Part shown: one piece after another, positions 27,683-36,508 of the stretch | Layout of the letters: each line of letters begins with the position of its first letter | Position numbering within the stretch: the first letter of the stretch is position 1 | Virus record (IMG/VR): IMGVR_UViG_3300022865_000009 | Span: 1 to 53,814 of that record | Strand: one strand, 5' to 3' | DNA length: 53,814 bases | Source of the DNA: a virus | Lineage: Duplodnaviria > Caudoviricetes | Notes under the pieces: model-generated | What the model was told of the DNA's origin: nothing | What the model saw: the letters and a program-made list of their open reading frames with translations, nothing else | Databases searched by the model: none | Made by a program: the position numbers and the translations under genes

Positions 27683-29830
27683 ATGGCTTTAAATTTAATT
27701 AATATAAGACCAGGATTTAACAAACAAATTACAGATACTGCTGCTGAAGGGCAATACGTAGATGGAAATTTTGTAAGATTTCGTTATGGATTTCCTGAAA
27801 AAATAGGAGGATGGTCTTCGACTACTTCAGATACCTTAGCGGGTGCCGTAAGAGCACAACACCAATGGGCAGATTTAGATGGCCATAAATATGTAGCACT
27901 TGGCTCTCAGAGAGGATTATATATTTATTATGGAGGAGCGTATTACGATATTACTCCATTAGAGACAGCGCAAACGGGAGGAACGTTTGATACTACAAAC
28001 ACCTCGCCAACGGTCACCGTTAACTTAACGGGGCATAATATGATTGCCGGAGACTACTTTACTTTTACAAGTGTAACCCCACCAGTTGGTGCAGGGTACA
28101 CTGCAGCTAATTTTACCGATCAAACTTTTGAAGTAACCAGTTCAACAATTAATACATTTACAATAACTATGGCAACTAATGCTGGAACCACTGTTGCAGC
28201 GTCAGGTGCATGTACTATAAACAGATACGTTAAAGTAGGTCCTATTGGACAAACATTTGGTTTTGGTTTTGGTACGGCATCTTACGGAGGAGCATCCGGA
28301 CTTACTACAACTTTAAACGGTGCTTTATTAGACGACACTGCAGGTACTGGAGGTTCTGGAACTTCTATTACACTTACATCAACAACAGGTTTTCCTACAA
28401 CGGGAATAATTAAAGTTGGAGCAGAATTTATTTCTTACACTGGTATATCTACGAATGATCTTACAGGAATTACAAGAGCAGTGGCTGGAACACGATCAGC
28501 TCATGCTACTTTAGCGGGAGTAGAATATTTTACAGGATGGGGCTCAGCATCTTTATCTTCTTCTGTTAGACTAGATCCAGCTGATTGGGCTTTAGATAAT
28601 TTTGGACAAATACTAACAGCTACTATATCAAGAGGAAGAACTTTTACTTGGCAACCTATAAGTAATAATAATAACGCTTTATCTATTAGATGTACTCTTA
28701 TGTCAGGAGCCCCTACTAAAACAAGTGTTTCAATTGTATCAGACACAGACAGACATTTTATACATCTAGGAACGGAAACAACAATTGGAGATACTTCAAG
28801 TTTTGATGCAATGTTAATAAGATTTTCTGATCAAGAAGACTTTACTGATTATCAACCAACTTCTGTTAATACAGCAGGTACTTTTAGAATAGACGATGGA
28901 ACTGAAATTATAGGTGCTGTAAAAGCAAAAGATTATATGTTAGTTTTTACAGATACTGCAGCTTATACAATGCAATATGTTGGAGCACCTTTTACTTTTA
29001 GTATTAGAAAGGTGGGATCTAACTGTGGTTTAATGAGCTCACATTCTATGGCTTTCGTAGATGGTGTTGTTTATTGGATGGATGACGCAGGTTCTTTTAA
29101 CGCTTACAATGGAACAGTTGTTAAAATACCTTGTTCAGTAGAAGATTTTGTATTTAATACAGCTAACCCAGGAGATCTAGGTTTTAATTATGATTCTGGA
29201 AAAATAGTTTACGCTAGTCACAACTCATTATTTAATGAAATAAATTGGTTTTATCCTTCAAGTACATCTACTGAAATAGATAGATGTGTTACATATAATT
29301 ATTCAGAAAAAGTTTGGTATACAAGTTCTTTAGCTAGAACCTCTTATTACGATGCTCATTTATTTGATAAACCTTATGCTACTTCTTTTTATGATGCGGG
29401 AGTACCTACTTTCCCAGTTATACAGGGAGTGACAAATGCTTCTGGATCTGCTACATATTGGATACATGAGACGGGAGTAGATCAAGTTGATAAGGGAGTA
29501 ACTACAGCAATCTCTTCTTATATTGAAACTGGAGATTTTATGATACATGTAGAAGGTGACGGAGAATACTTTACAAAAGTTAGAAGATTTATACCTGATT
29601 TTCAAAGACTAGATGGAACTGCAACAGTTACTATTTTATTAAAAGATTATCCATCAGATACAGCGGCTAGTTCTTCTTTAGGACCTTTCTCTGTAACATC
29701 AAGTACTCAAAAAATAGACACACGTGCTAGAGGAAGAGCGGCTAGTTTAAAAATAGCTAATCTATCTAGTGGAGAGACTTGGAGATACGGAACTTTTAGA
29801 GCGGACATACAACCCGATGGTAGAAGATAA
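27683..29830 (+). CDS. Tail nozzle/stabilisation protein (P22 gp10 / tubular B-like)
   Basis: 715 aa beta-rich; VRFRYG.PEKIGGW, IRFSDQE, C-terminal DIQPDGRR. Confidence 0.75.
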   Translation: MALNLINIRPGFNKQITDTAAEGQYVDGNFVRFRYGFPEKIGGWSSTTSDTLAGAVRAQHQWADLDGHKYVALGSQRGLYIYYGGAYYDITPLETAQTGGTFDTTNTSPTVTVNLTGHNMIAGDYFTFTSVTPPVGAGYTAANFTDQTFEVTSSTINTFTITMATNAGTTVAASGACTINRYVKVGPIGQTFGFGFGTASYGGASGLTTTLNGALLDDTAGTGGSGTSITLTSTTGFPTTGIIKVGAEFISYTGISTNDLTGITRAVAGTRSAHATLAGVEYFTGWGSASLSSSVRLDPADWALDNFGQILTATISRGRTFTWQPISNNNNALSIRCTLMSGAPTKTSVSIVSDTDRHFIHLGTETTIGDTSSFDAMLIRFSDQEDFTDYQPTSVNTAGTFRIDDGTEIIGAVKAKDYMLVFTDTAAYTMQYVGAPFTFSIRKVGSNCGLMSSHSMAFVDGVVYWMDDAGSFNAYNGTVVKIPCSVEDFVFNTANPGDLGFNYDSGKIVYASHNSLFNEINWFYPSSTSTEIDRCVTYNYSEKVWYTSSLARTSYYDAHLFDKPYATSFYDAGVPTFPVIQGVTNASGSATYWIHETGVDQVDKGVTTAISSYIETGDFMIHVEGDGEYFTKVRRFIPDFQRLDGTATVTILLKDYPSDTAASSSLGPFSVTSSTQKIDTRARGRAASLKIANLSSGETWRYGTFRADIQPDGRR

Positions 29831-29994
29831 TGGCTAAAGTAACTAATTTTATTCCAGAACCTACTGTAGACTATGACCCACAAAATCAACAACAACTTCT
29901 TCAATCATTAGAGACAATGAAGAATCAATTAAATAGTTCTTTTCAAGAAGACCTAAAACAAGAATTAGAAAGATATACTTGGTTTGTAAATTAA
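29830..29994 (+). CDS. 54-aa coiled-coil protein, possible tail plug/needle (not in ORF track)
   Basis: MAKVTNFIPEPTVDYDPQNQQQLLQSLE...; fills the gap exactly. Confidence 0.6.
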   Translation: MAKVTNFIPEPTVDYDPQNQQQLLQSLETMKNQLNSSFQEDLKQELERYTWFVN

Positions 29995-30339
29995 ATGGCT
30001 AATATATATAAAAACGCAAAACTTGATTTGACGGCTGCTACAGCTACAACTTTATATACTGTACCCTCAAACTCTAGAGCTATTATAAAATCTATTTTAG
30101 TTTGTGATGACACTAATAATGGTAGTGACATAACAGCTACTTTATATCCAGGAGATCCTGGTGCAGGAGGTGGAATTGTTTTATTTAAAAATAAAGTTAT
30201 AGCAGGTAATGCTACAGAGCAATTAATAAATGAACCTTTAATTATGCAAGAAAATGAAGTATTGGAAGTAGTTGCTGCAGACGCAAATAGATTACATATC
30301 ACAGCATCAATATTAGAAATAAACAGAGAAGATGTATAG
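29995..30339 (+). CDS. Small beta-sandwich tail-associated protein
   Basis: TTLYTVP, IIKSILV, ASILEI. Confidence 0.65.
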   Translation: MANIYKNAKLDLTAATATTLYTVPSNSRAIIKSILVCDDTNNGSDITATLYPGDPGAGGGIVLFKNKVIAGNATEQLINEPLIMQENEVLEVVAADANRLHITASILEINREDV

Positions 30340-31841
30340 TGGCTAAAAAGCTGTTGGGGTTAAGGCTATGTGAGCATGATAGTAACTTTTCTCTATACGA
30401 TGGAGAAAAAGTTTGTTATCTTAAAACCGAAAGATTACACAAACAGAAACATCACGCATATAACAATTTATTTGAATGGCAAATAGATTTAAAAGAAAAA
30501 TTTAATATTAAAGCTAGTGAAATAGATGAGATAGCTATTGTTGTAGACCCCTGGATTTATAACTTACCTTTAGATAATGAAGAGTTTTATCCAGCTGTTA
30601 ATTTTAAACACCTACCTGTAAAAAATAAAGTTTATAGAATAAACCACCATCTTGGCCATGCTTTAAGTTGTTGGCCACTATATAAAACAAGACCAAAATA
30701 CGAAATTATAATTGATGGTTTTGGAGACGCTAATAATGCATGGACTGTTCTTATAGATAACAAAATACATAAAAGAGGTTATGCAAAAAAAAATGGATCT
30801 TTAGGATTAGCTATGGCAAAAGTAGGTAAAGCTTTTGGGATAAATTCACAACAAGTTTATGATATTGCAGGAAAGTTAATGGGTCTTCAATCTTATGGAA
30901 ATATTTTACCAGAATTTAAAAAGTCTTTAGATTATAATATATATTCTATAAATAAATTGTTTGATTTTAATAATTACAAAGAGTATAAACAAAATCTATT
31001 GTTAGCAGAACTGCAGCCTTTAGATTGGATAAGAACAGTCCACGATAAAGTATCAGATATATTAATTAATTTTTTTGAGGAAGTAACCAATAAAGATTAT
31101 GATGCCTATATATCTTACTCTGGTGGTGTTGCTCAAAATGTTATATGGAATACTGCTCTTAAAAATAAATTTAAAAATTTAATTATACCTCCCCATTGTA
31201 ATGATGAGGGTCTTTCCTTGGGAGCTTTAGAGTATTTAAGAATTAAAAATAATTTACCAAAATTTAAATTAAATAATTTTCCATACATTCAATCTGACGA
31301 AGAACCTTTAACTAAGCCAAATGAAAAAACTTTTAAAGAGACTGCGGAATATTTAAAACAAGGGTGTATCGTTGCCTGGTATCAAGGTAATGGAGAAATA
31401 GGTCCTAGGGCTTTAGGGAATAGGTCTTTACTATTTAACCCTTTAGTAAAAAATGGAAAAAATATAATTAACAAAATTAAAAAAAGAGAAACTTACAGAC
31501 CTTTTGGTGCGTCTATATTAAAAGAACATGTTAAAGAATATTTCAATACTGATATTGAAAACCCTTTTATGCTTTATGTAGGTAGTGTTAATAATGAAAA
31601 TTTAAAAAGTATAACCCATATAGACGGCACATGTAGATATCAAAGTGTAGATAAAGCAAATAAAGTATACTATAATTTAATTAATGAATTTTACAAAAAA
31701 ACAGGATGCCCTATTGTGTTGAACACAAGTTTTAATATTAACGGAAAACCAATAATGTCTGATATTAAAGACGCTAAAAAATTTTTCAATAATTCTAATA
31801 TCGATATATTAGTAATCGGCAATGAAATCTTTAAAAAATAA
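30339..31841 (+). CDS. Carbamoyltransferase (NodU/CmcH/TobZ family)
   Basis: HD, ER, HHLGHA, DGFGD, GKLMGL, SGGVAQN, EIGPRALGNRS, RPFG, LNTSFN. Confidence 0.93.
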   Translation: MAKKLLGLRLCEHDSNFSLYDGEKVCYLKTERLHKQKHHAYNNLFEWQIDLKEKFNIKASEIDEIAIVVDPWIYNLPLDNEEFYPAVNFKHLPVKNKVYRINHHLGHALSCWPLYKTRPKYEIIIDGFGDANNAWTVLIDNKIHKRGYAKKNGSLGLAMAKVGKAFGINSQQVYDIAGKLMGLQSYGNILPEFKKSLDYNIYSINKLFDFNNYKEYKQNLLLAELQPLDWIRTVHDKVSDILINFFEEVTNKDYDAYISYSGGVAQNVIWNTALKNKFKNLIIPPHCNDEGLSLGALEYLRIKNNLPKFKLNNFPYIQSDEEPLTKPNEKTFKETAEYLKQGCIVAWYQGNGEIGPRALGNRSLLFNPLVKNGKNIINKIKKRETYRPFGASILKEHVKEYFNTDIENPFMLYVGSVNNENLKSITHIDGTCRYQSVDKANKVYYNLINEFYKKTGCPIVLNTSFNINGKPIMSDIKDAKKFFNNSNIDILVIGNEIFKK

Positions 31842-31978
31842 TGGCTAAAAAATCTAAAGAACACCACGAACGTAATCAACCTAAAAAAAGAGGACCACGC
31901 CAACATAAAAAATGTTTAAATAAAAATGAGAAACGACAAAAACGTACTCGAAGATACAAAGGCCAAGGTAAGGGCTAG
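31841..31978 (+). CDS. 45-aa highly basic peptide (not in ORF track)
   Basis: MAKKSKEHHERNQPKKRG...RRYKGQGKG; TAATG coupling. Confidence 0.6.
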   Translation: MAKKSKEHHERNQPKKRGPRQHKKCLNKNEKRQKRTRRYKGQGKG

Positions 31979-32010
31979 ACAAATAAACTTAAAAGTATTA
32001 TATAAGATAT

Positions 32011-32202
32011 ATGGAAATAAAAAGAATACCAGCACAAGCAAAAGAAATTGTTAAACACAAAAGAACAGGTGTAATCTACACTGATAAAGCAGCATTTGAT
32101 GCAGATGTAGCTGATTCAAATACAGATACTACAGCAGAAGATTTTCAACAAGATTTAGAAATTACTGTAGCTTCTATGACTGTGGACGGTGAAACTCAAT
32201 AA
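32011..32202 (+). CDS. Small acidic hypothetical protein
   Basis: 63 aa; TAGACA-17bp-TATATA promoter-like element just upstream. Confidence 0.65.
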   Translation: MEIKRIPAQAKEIVKHKRTGVIYTDKAAFDADVADSNTDTTAEDFQQDLEITVASMTVDGETQ

Positions 32203-32212
32203 CAATTAATTT

Positions 32213-33157
32213 ATGCAACCATTAGGTGGAACGGAGCTTCAATATGCTCAGTTATATAAACACGTAGATAATACGTTGTTAGATAAGTTTCAGATAACTA
32301 CATCTATTCCAGAAAAAATACCTTTATCTAAAGATAAAATTAATATTCTTTGGGTACAAAACTCATATGACCAAGGTAATCTGGCTCCATGGTTTAAAGA
32401 TAAATCTAATCATAGTAAATATGATTGGTATGTATTTAACTCTCATTGGTGTGCAGAAAAGTTTAGAATGGCATTTAAAGTACCCCCCGAAAAATGTGTA
32501 GTTATTAAAAATGCTATAGAGAAATTTGCGGATAAACCTACTCACAAGAACGGTGATAAAATAAAATTAATATATACCTCTACTCCATGGAGAGGACTAT
32601 CTGTATTACTAGGTGCTATGCAGTTAATTAAAAATCCTTTAATAGAATTAGATGTTTATTCCTCTACCCAAATATATGGAGATGCTTTTAAAAAAGCTAA
32701 TGATACCTCTTATCAAGAATTATATGAACAAGCTAAAAAATTACCTAATGTAAATTACATAGGCTATGCTTCTAACGAAAAAATAATAAAGAAGATGGGT
32801 GAATATAAAATATTTGCTTATCCCAATATATGGGAAGAAACTTCTTGTATGTCAGCTATCGAAGCTTTAGGAAGTGGACTTCATGGAATTGTAACTAATT
32901 ACGGAGCTTTGTTTGAAACGTGTTCAGAGTGGCCGACTTACGTTCAATATGATAGAGATTACAAAAATTTAGCTAAATGTTTTGCTTATGCAATTGAAGG
33001 AATTTCAGAACAACTTCATTCAGTGGGAATGCAACAATTATTAGATTCACAAGTATCTTTTTATAAGAAATTTTATAGTTGGGAAAATAGAAAAAACGAA
33101 TGGACTAACTTTTTACAAGGAGCTTATGATGCAAAATCACGAACCAATTTGGTTTAA
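32213..33157 (+). CDS. Glycosyltransferase (GT-B, GT4-like)
   Basis: GGTE, YTSTPWRGL, YPNIWEETSCMSAIEA (EX7E). Confidence 0.88.
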   Translation: MQPLGGTELQYAQLYKHVDNTLLDKFQITTSIPEKIPLSKDKINILWVQNSYDQGNLAPWFKDKSNHSKYDWYVFNSHWCAEKFRMAFKVPPEKCVVIKNAIEKFADKPTHKNGDKIKLIYTSTPWRGLSVLLGAMQLIKNPLIELDVYSSTQIYGDAFKKANDTSYQELYEQAKKLPNVNYIGYASNEKIIKKMGEYKIFAYPNIWEETSCMSAIEALGSGLHGIVTNYGALFETCSEWPTYVQYDRDYKNLAKCFAYAIEGISEQLHSVGMQQLLDSQVSFYKKFYSWENRKNEWTNFLQGAYDAKSRTNLV

Positions 33158-33950
33158 CGAAGAACAATCAACACCGGACACTAAGAAAAAAGCAGGCTAT
33201 TCTTTATTTGTAGCAACACCTGTTCATAGTGAATGCTCTATTCATTATACTCAAGCTTTATTAAATTTACAAAAATATTGTTTTAAAAAGAATGTAAAAT
33301 TATGGTTTTCTATAATGAAATCTTCATTAGTTACTCAAGGAAGAAACATGTGTGTAAGTGCATTTTTACAACAAAAAGATGCTACTCATTTATTATTTGT
33401 TGATTCAGATATTTCTTTTAATGAATCTGCTCCAGAAAGATTGGTGGCTTGTGATAAAGATGTTATTTCTATTCCATATCCTTTAAAAGATATAAATTGG
33501 GATAAAGGAATGCACATGATTAAAGAAGGTAAAATTAAAGAAGCTAAAGATTTAAGAAACAAAGGTTTTTACAGATACCCTATGAAAGTAGAAAATAATT
33601 CTGCTATTAAAATTAAAGATGGAGTTATTAAAGTAGAGCATTCTCCAACAGGTTTTATGTTAATTAAAAGAGAAGTAATCCTTAAAATGATAGAGGCTTA
33701 CCCTGAAATGAGAATTGATCAAGACCAGATAATTAATGGTAAGAATGAAAAACTACCTGATTTTTGGAACTTCTTTGATACTCAATTTGATCCTATTAAA
33801 CATACTTACACAGGAGAAGATTTTGCTTTTTGCCAAAGATGGAAAGACATTGGAGGTGAATGCCATGCTTGGATTATGGATCACATAACTCATATTGGAG
33901 AACATCAATATACTGGTCGTTTTGCGGATGAGTTGATAAAGACTGACTAA
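33126..33950 (+). CDS. Glycosyltransferase (GT-A, GT2-like)
   Basis: VATP, SLVTQGRN, LLFVDSD (DxD), TGFMLIKR, GEDFAFC. Confidence 0.82.
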   Translation: MMQNHEPIWFNEEQSTPDTKKKAGYSLFVATPVHSECSIHYTQALLNLQKYCFKKNVKLWFSIMKSSLVTQGRNMCVSAFLQQKDATHLLFVDSDISFNESAPERLVACDKDVISIPYPLKDINWDKGMHMIKEGKIKEAKDLRNKGFYRYPMKVENNSAIKIKDGVIKVEHSPTGFMLIKREVILKMIEAYPEMRIDQDQIINGKNEKLPDFWNFFDTQFDPIKHTYTGEDFAFCQRWKDIGGECHAWIMDHITHIGEHQYTGRFADELIKTD

Positions 33951-34005
33951 AATGGTAGAATTTGTAAGTTATATAACTTATAAAATTTAGGAACAGGAGC
34001 TAAAA

Positions 34006-35034
34006 TTGGACCCATTTACAATGGCCTTACTGACTTTTGGTACACAAAAACTCAGAGGTAAATCTACTAAAAGATCTTTCAGAGACGCTATGCTAATAGG
34101 TACGATGGGTCAATTAGGAGGAATGGCTGGAGTAGGTGGAATTACTCCTTTTGGATCAGCAACTACAGCAGGAACTACTATTCAAGGTATAGGACAAACT
34201 TCAGCGGCTCAAGGTTTAAGAGGTCTATTCCCACAATTCGCTTCACAAGCAGCAACTACAGCAGTACCAGCAGGTACTGGAACAGTAGCAGCTAACTCAC
34301 CTTTTGCAACAGCAGGAAGTTCTGCTATGTCAGGAGCAGGAGCAACAGCGGCAAAACCAGCATCAACTGGAATTATGGAAACTTTAAAAGGTTTTGTACC
34401 TAAATCTGATGCAGGAAAAATAGCAGCAGCATCTATGGCACTTCCTTTACTAGCAGGTGATGACGGTCCTAATAAAACGTATTTACCTATACCTAATCAA
34501 GCTTACACAAAATATGCTAATGCTGGTTTTGGAGGAACTCCAACTGGATTTCAAACAAGAGATTATTCAACAGGAATAAATTCTCCTTTAGTACAACCTG
34601 GAGAGTTTGTAACACCGGAAGAAGTTTTAGGAGACGAGCCTACTCAAACATTTAAAGCAGTTGAAATGAATACTGGTGGACTTGCTAGTATTGCAAAATT
34701 TAATGAAGGTGGAATGGGACAAGTGCTTCCTACTAAAATGACTCATGATGAAAATGATTCTAATAACTATGACAGAGCAAACGGTTTTGTATTAGATGGA
34801 ACAGGTCATGGAAAAGATCACGAAGATACTATGTTAGCTCAATTAGCTGATGGAGAGTTTGTATCTAGATCTCATGCAGTTTTAGGTGCAGGTATTATTG
34901 CTGGAGCAAATCCTAGCGATAAATCAGATCAAAGAAAAAAAGGATCTAAGTTTTTTTACGATCAACAAAAACAATTTAAAAGAATTTTTGATTTAATAAA
35001 TGCAAACAAAAACAGAACTGATTCAGTTCACTAA
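34006..35034 (+). CDS. Putative ejection/internal virion protein with C-terminal DGEFV domain
   Basis: TTG start with AGGAG SD; MDPFT start, Gly/Ala-rich; G.G.G..EDTMLAQLADGEFV. Confidence 0.65.
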   Translation: MDPFTMALLTFGTQKLRGKSTKRSFRDAMLIGTMGQLGGMAGVGGITPFGSATTAGTTIQGIGQTSAAQGLRGLFPQFASQAATTAVPAGTGTVAANSPFATAGSSAMSGAGATAAKPASTGIMETLKGFVPKSDAGKIAAASMALPLLAGDDGPNKTYLPIPNQAYTKYANAGFGGTPTGFQTRDYSTGINSPLVQPGEFVTPEEVLGDEPTQTFKAVEMNTGGLASIAKFNEGGMGQVLPTKMTHDENDSNNYDRANGFVLDGTGHGKDHEDTMLAQLADGEFVSRSHAVLGAGIIAGANPSDKSDQRKKGSKFFYDQQKQFKRIFDLINANKNRTDSVH

Positions 35035-35422
35035 AGAGGAGATAGACGGTATATGGAATTTAGTAAAAAATCTAATTCGAAAAGCGTGTATCAGAGCGGG
35101 AGGATTTGTAAGTGAAGAACATATTAAAGAATATTGTAAACAAGGTAAAATGCAGCTTTGGGTGGTTATTACAGAAACTAATGAAGTTCTCTGTGTTTGT
35201 GTTACTGAAATTAGAAAATACCCTAATTACAGTGTTTGCGACACTAAAATTGTCACTGGTAAACGTTATAAAGAGTGGTTTGACTATGTTGATAAAATTT
35301 CTGAATGGGCTAAAGAACAAGGTTGTAAAAAAATGGAAATATTTTCAAGGCCGGGTTATGTCTCTATGTTCAAAGAAAAAGGTTACTCAGCAACACATGT
35401 ACAAGTAGAAAAAGAATTATGA
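35000..35422 (+). CDS. GNAT-like protein of the ejection module
   Basis: CVTEI..YP, WAKEQGC..ME..SRPG. Confidence 0.6.
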   Translation: MQTKTELIQFTKEEIDGIWNLVKNLIRKACIRAGGFVSEEHIKEYCKQGKMQLWVVITETNEVLCVCVTEIRKYPNYSVCDTKIVTGKRYKEWFDYVDKISEWAKEQGCKKMEIFSRPGYVSMFKEKGYSATHVQVEKEL

Positions 35423-36504
35423 TAGATATTAAAAAATTAAATATAAAAGAAAAAATAGAGTTATTTAAAAAACTAGGTAAAGAAATTGCTAGTAAAGGTA
35501 TTAACGGGGATACAGAATTAGCTCATATTAATCCTTTTGAAAAAAAATTATTAATTAACCACGGTGGTTCTGGAACAATAAATTTAGAAACAGGTTTACC
35601 ACAATATTTTGGTGGTGGAGGCGGTGGTGGAGCAGCACCTTCTACTACTACACAATATATAAGAGAAGCACCAGGGATAGAAGAAAGAAAACTTGGTTTA
35701 ATGGATACTGCAGCGGAGCTTGCAAAAACTCCAGTTAACATTCCTCAAATTAATGTACAAGGAATGGGTACATTAGAGAAACAAGGTATTACTCAATCAG
35801 GAACTACAGGGGTTGGCGCTAATACTATGAATGCAGGTATTGGATCAGTATTAAATGCACAAAATGCGGCAGCTTTAGATCCTACTTCTTCACAATTTCA
35901 AAATTATTTAAATCCTTATTCATCTTTCGTTACAGATGAAATTAATAGACAATCTCAAATGCAACAAAACCAACTAAGTCAAAATGCAGTTATGGGCGGA
36001 GCATTTGGTGGCGGACGGGAAGGTGTTCAAAGAGCAGAATTAGGTGGAAGAACTTTATCAGCAATAGGACAAGCTCAAGGTACAGTTTTTCAAAATGCAA
36101 TGAACTCATTTCAAAATAACCAAAATTTACAAGCTCAGACAAATTTGAATGCAGGTTCTCAATATGCTCAAATGGGTCAGGCGCAACAAGGTATGGCTCA
36201 ACAAGACATTAATCAATTAATGGCTGCTGGTGGTTTACAAAGACAATTAGGTCAACAAGCGCTAGATGCTACAAGACAAACAGAACTACAAAGAGCTTAC
36301 GAACCTTTTCAAAGAGCAGAGTTTGTTAAAAATATGTATGCTGCAGGACCTACAACTCAGTCTGCTATTACTCAATCTACTTCTCCAGGAACTAATCCAC
36401 TTGCTCAAGCAGCAGGTGCTGGACTCGGAGCATACGCAACTTACTCAGCTTTAAATAAAGCTCCTGCCCTTCAAAGCGCAGCAGCAACTACTGGAAGAGC
36501 GTAG
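35419..36504 (+). CDS. Putative DNA ejection/internal virion protein
   Basis: GDTELAHIN...GGSGTINLETGLPQY, Q/A-rich helical body, GAFGGGR. Confidence 0.7.
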   Translation: MIDIKKLNIKEKIELFKKLGKEIASKGINGDTELAHINPFEKKLLINHGGSGTINLETGLPQYFGGGGGGGAAPSTTTQYIREAPGIEERKLGLMDTAAELAKTPVNIPQINVQGMGTLEKQGITQSGTTGVGANTMNAGIGSVLNAQNAAALDPTSSQFQNYLNPYSSFVTDEINRQSQMQQNQLSQNAVMGGAFGGGREGVQRAELGGRTLSAIGQAQGTVFQNAMNSFQNNQNLQAQTNLNAGSQYAQMGQAQQGMAQQDINQLMAAGGLQRQLGQQALDATRQTELQRAYEPFQRAEFVKNMYAAGPTTQSAITQSTSPGTNPLAQAAGAGLGAYATYSALNKAPALQSAAATTGRA

Positions 36505-36508
36505 CATT

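Noticed and set aside
35112-35408. Alternate-frame plus-strand ORFs (also 22240-22467, 24745-24951, 36266-36454) and 43376-43558
   Set aside because: Overlap stronger genes; no independent support for overprinting
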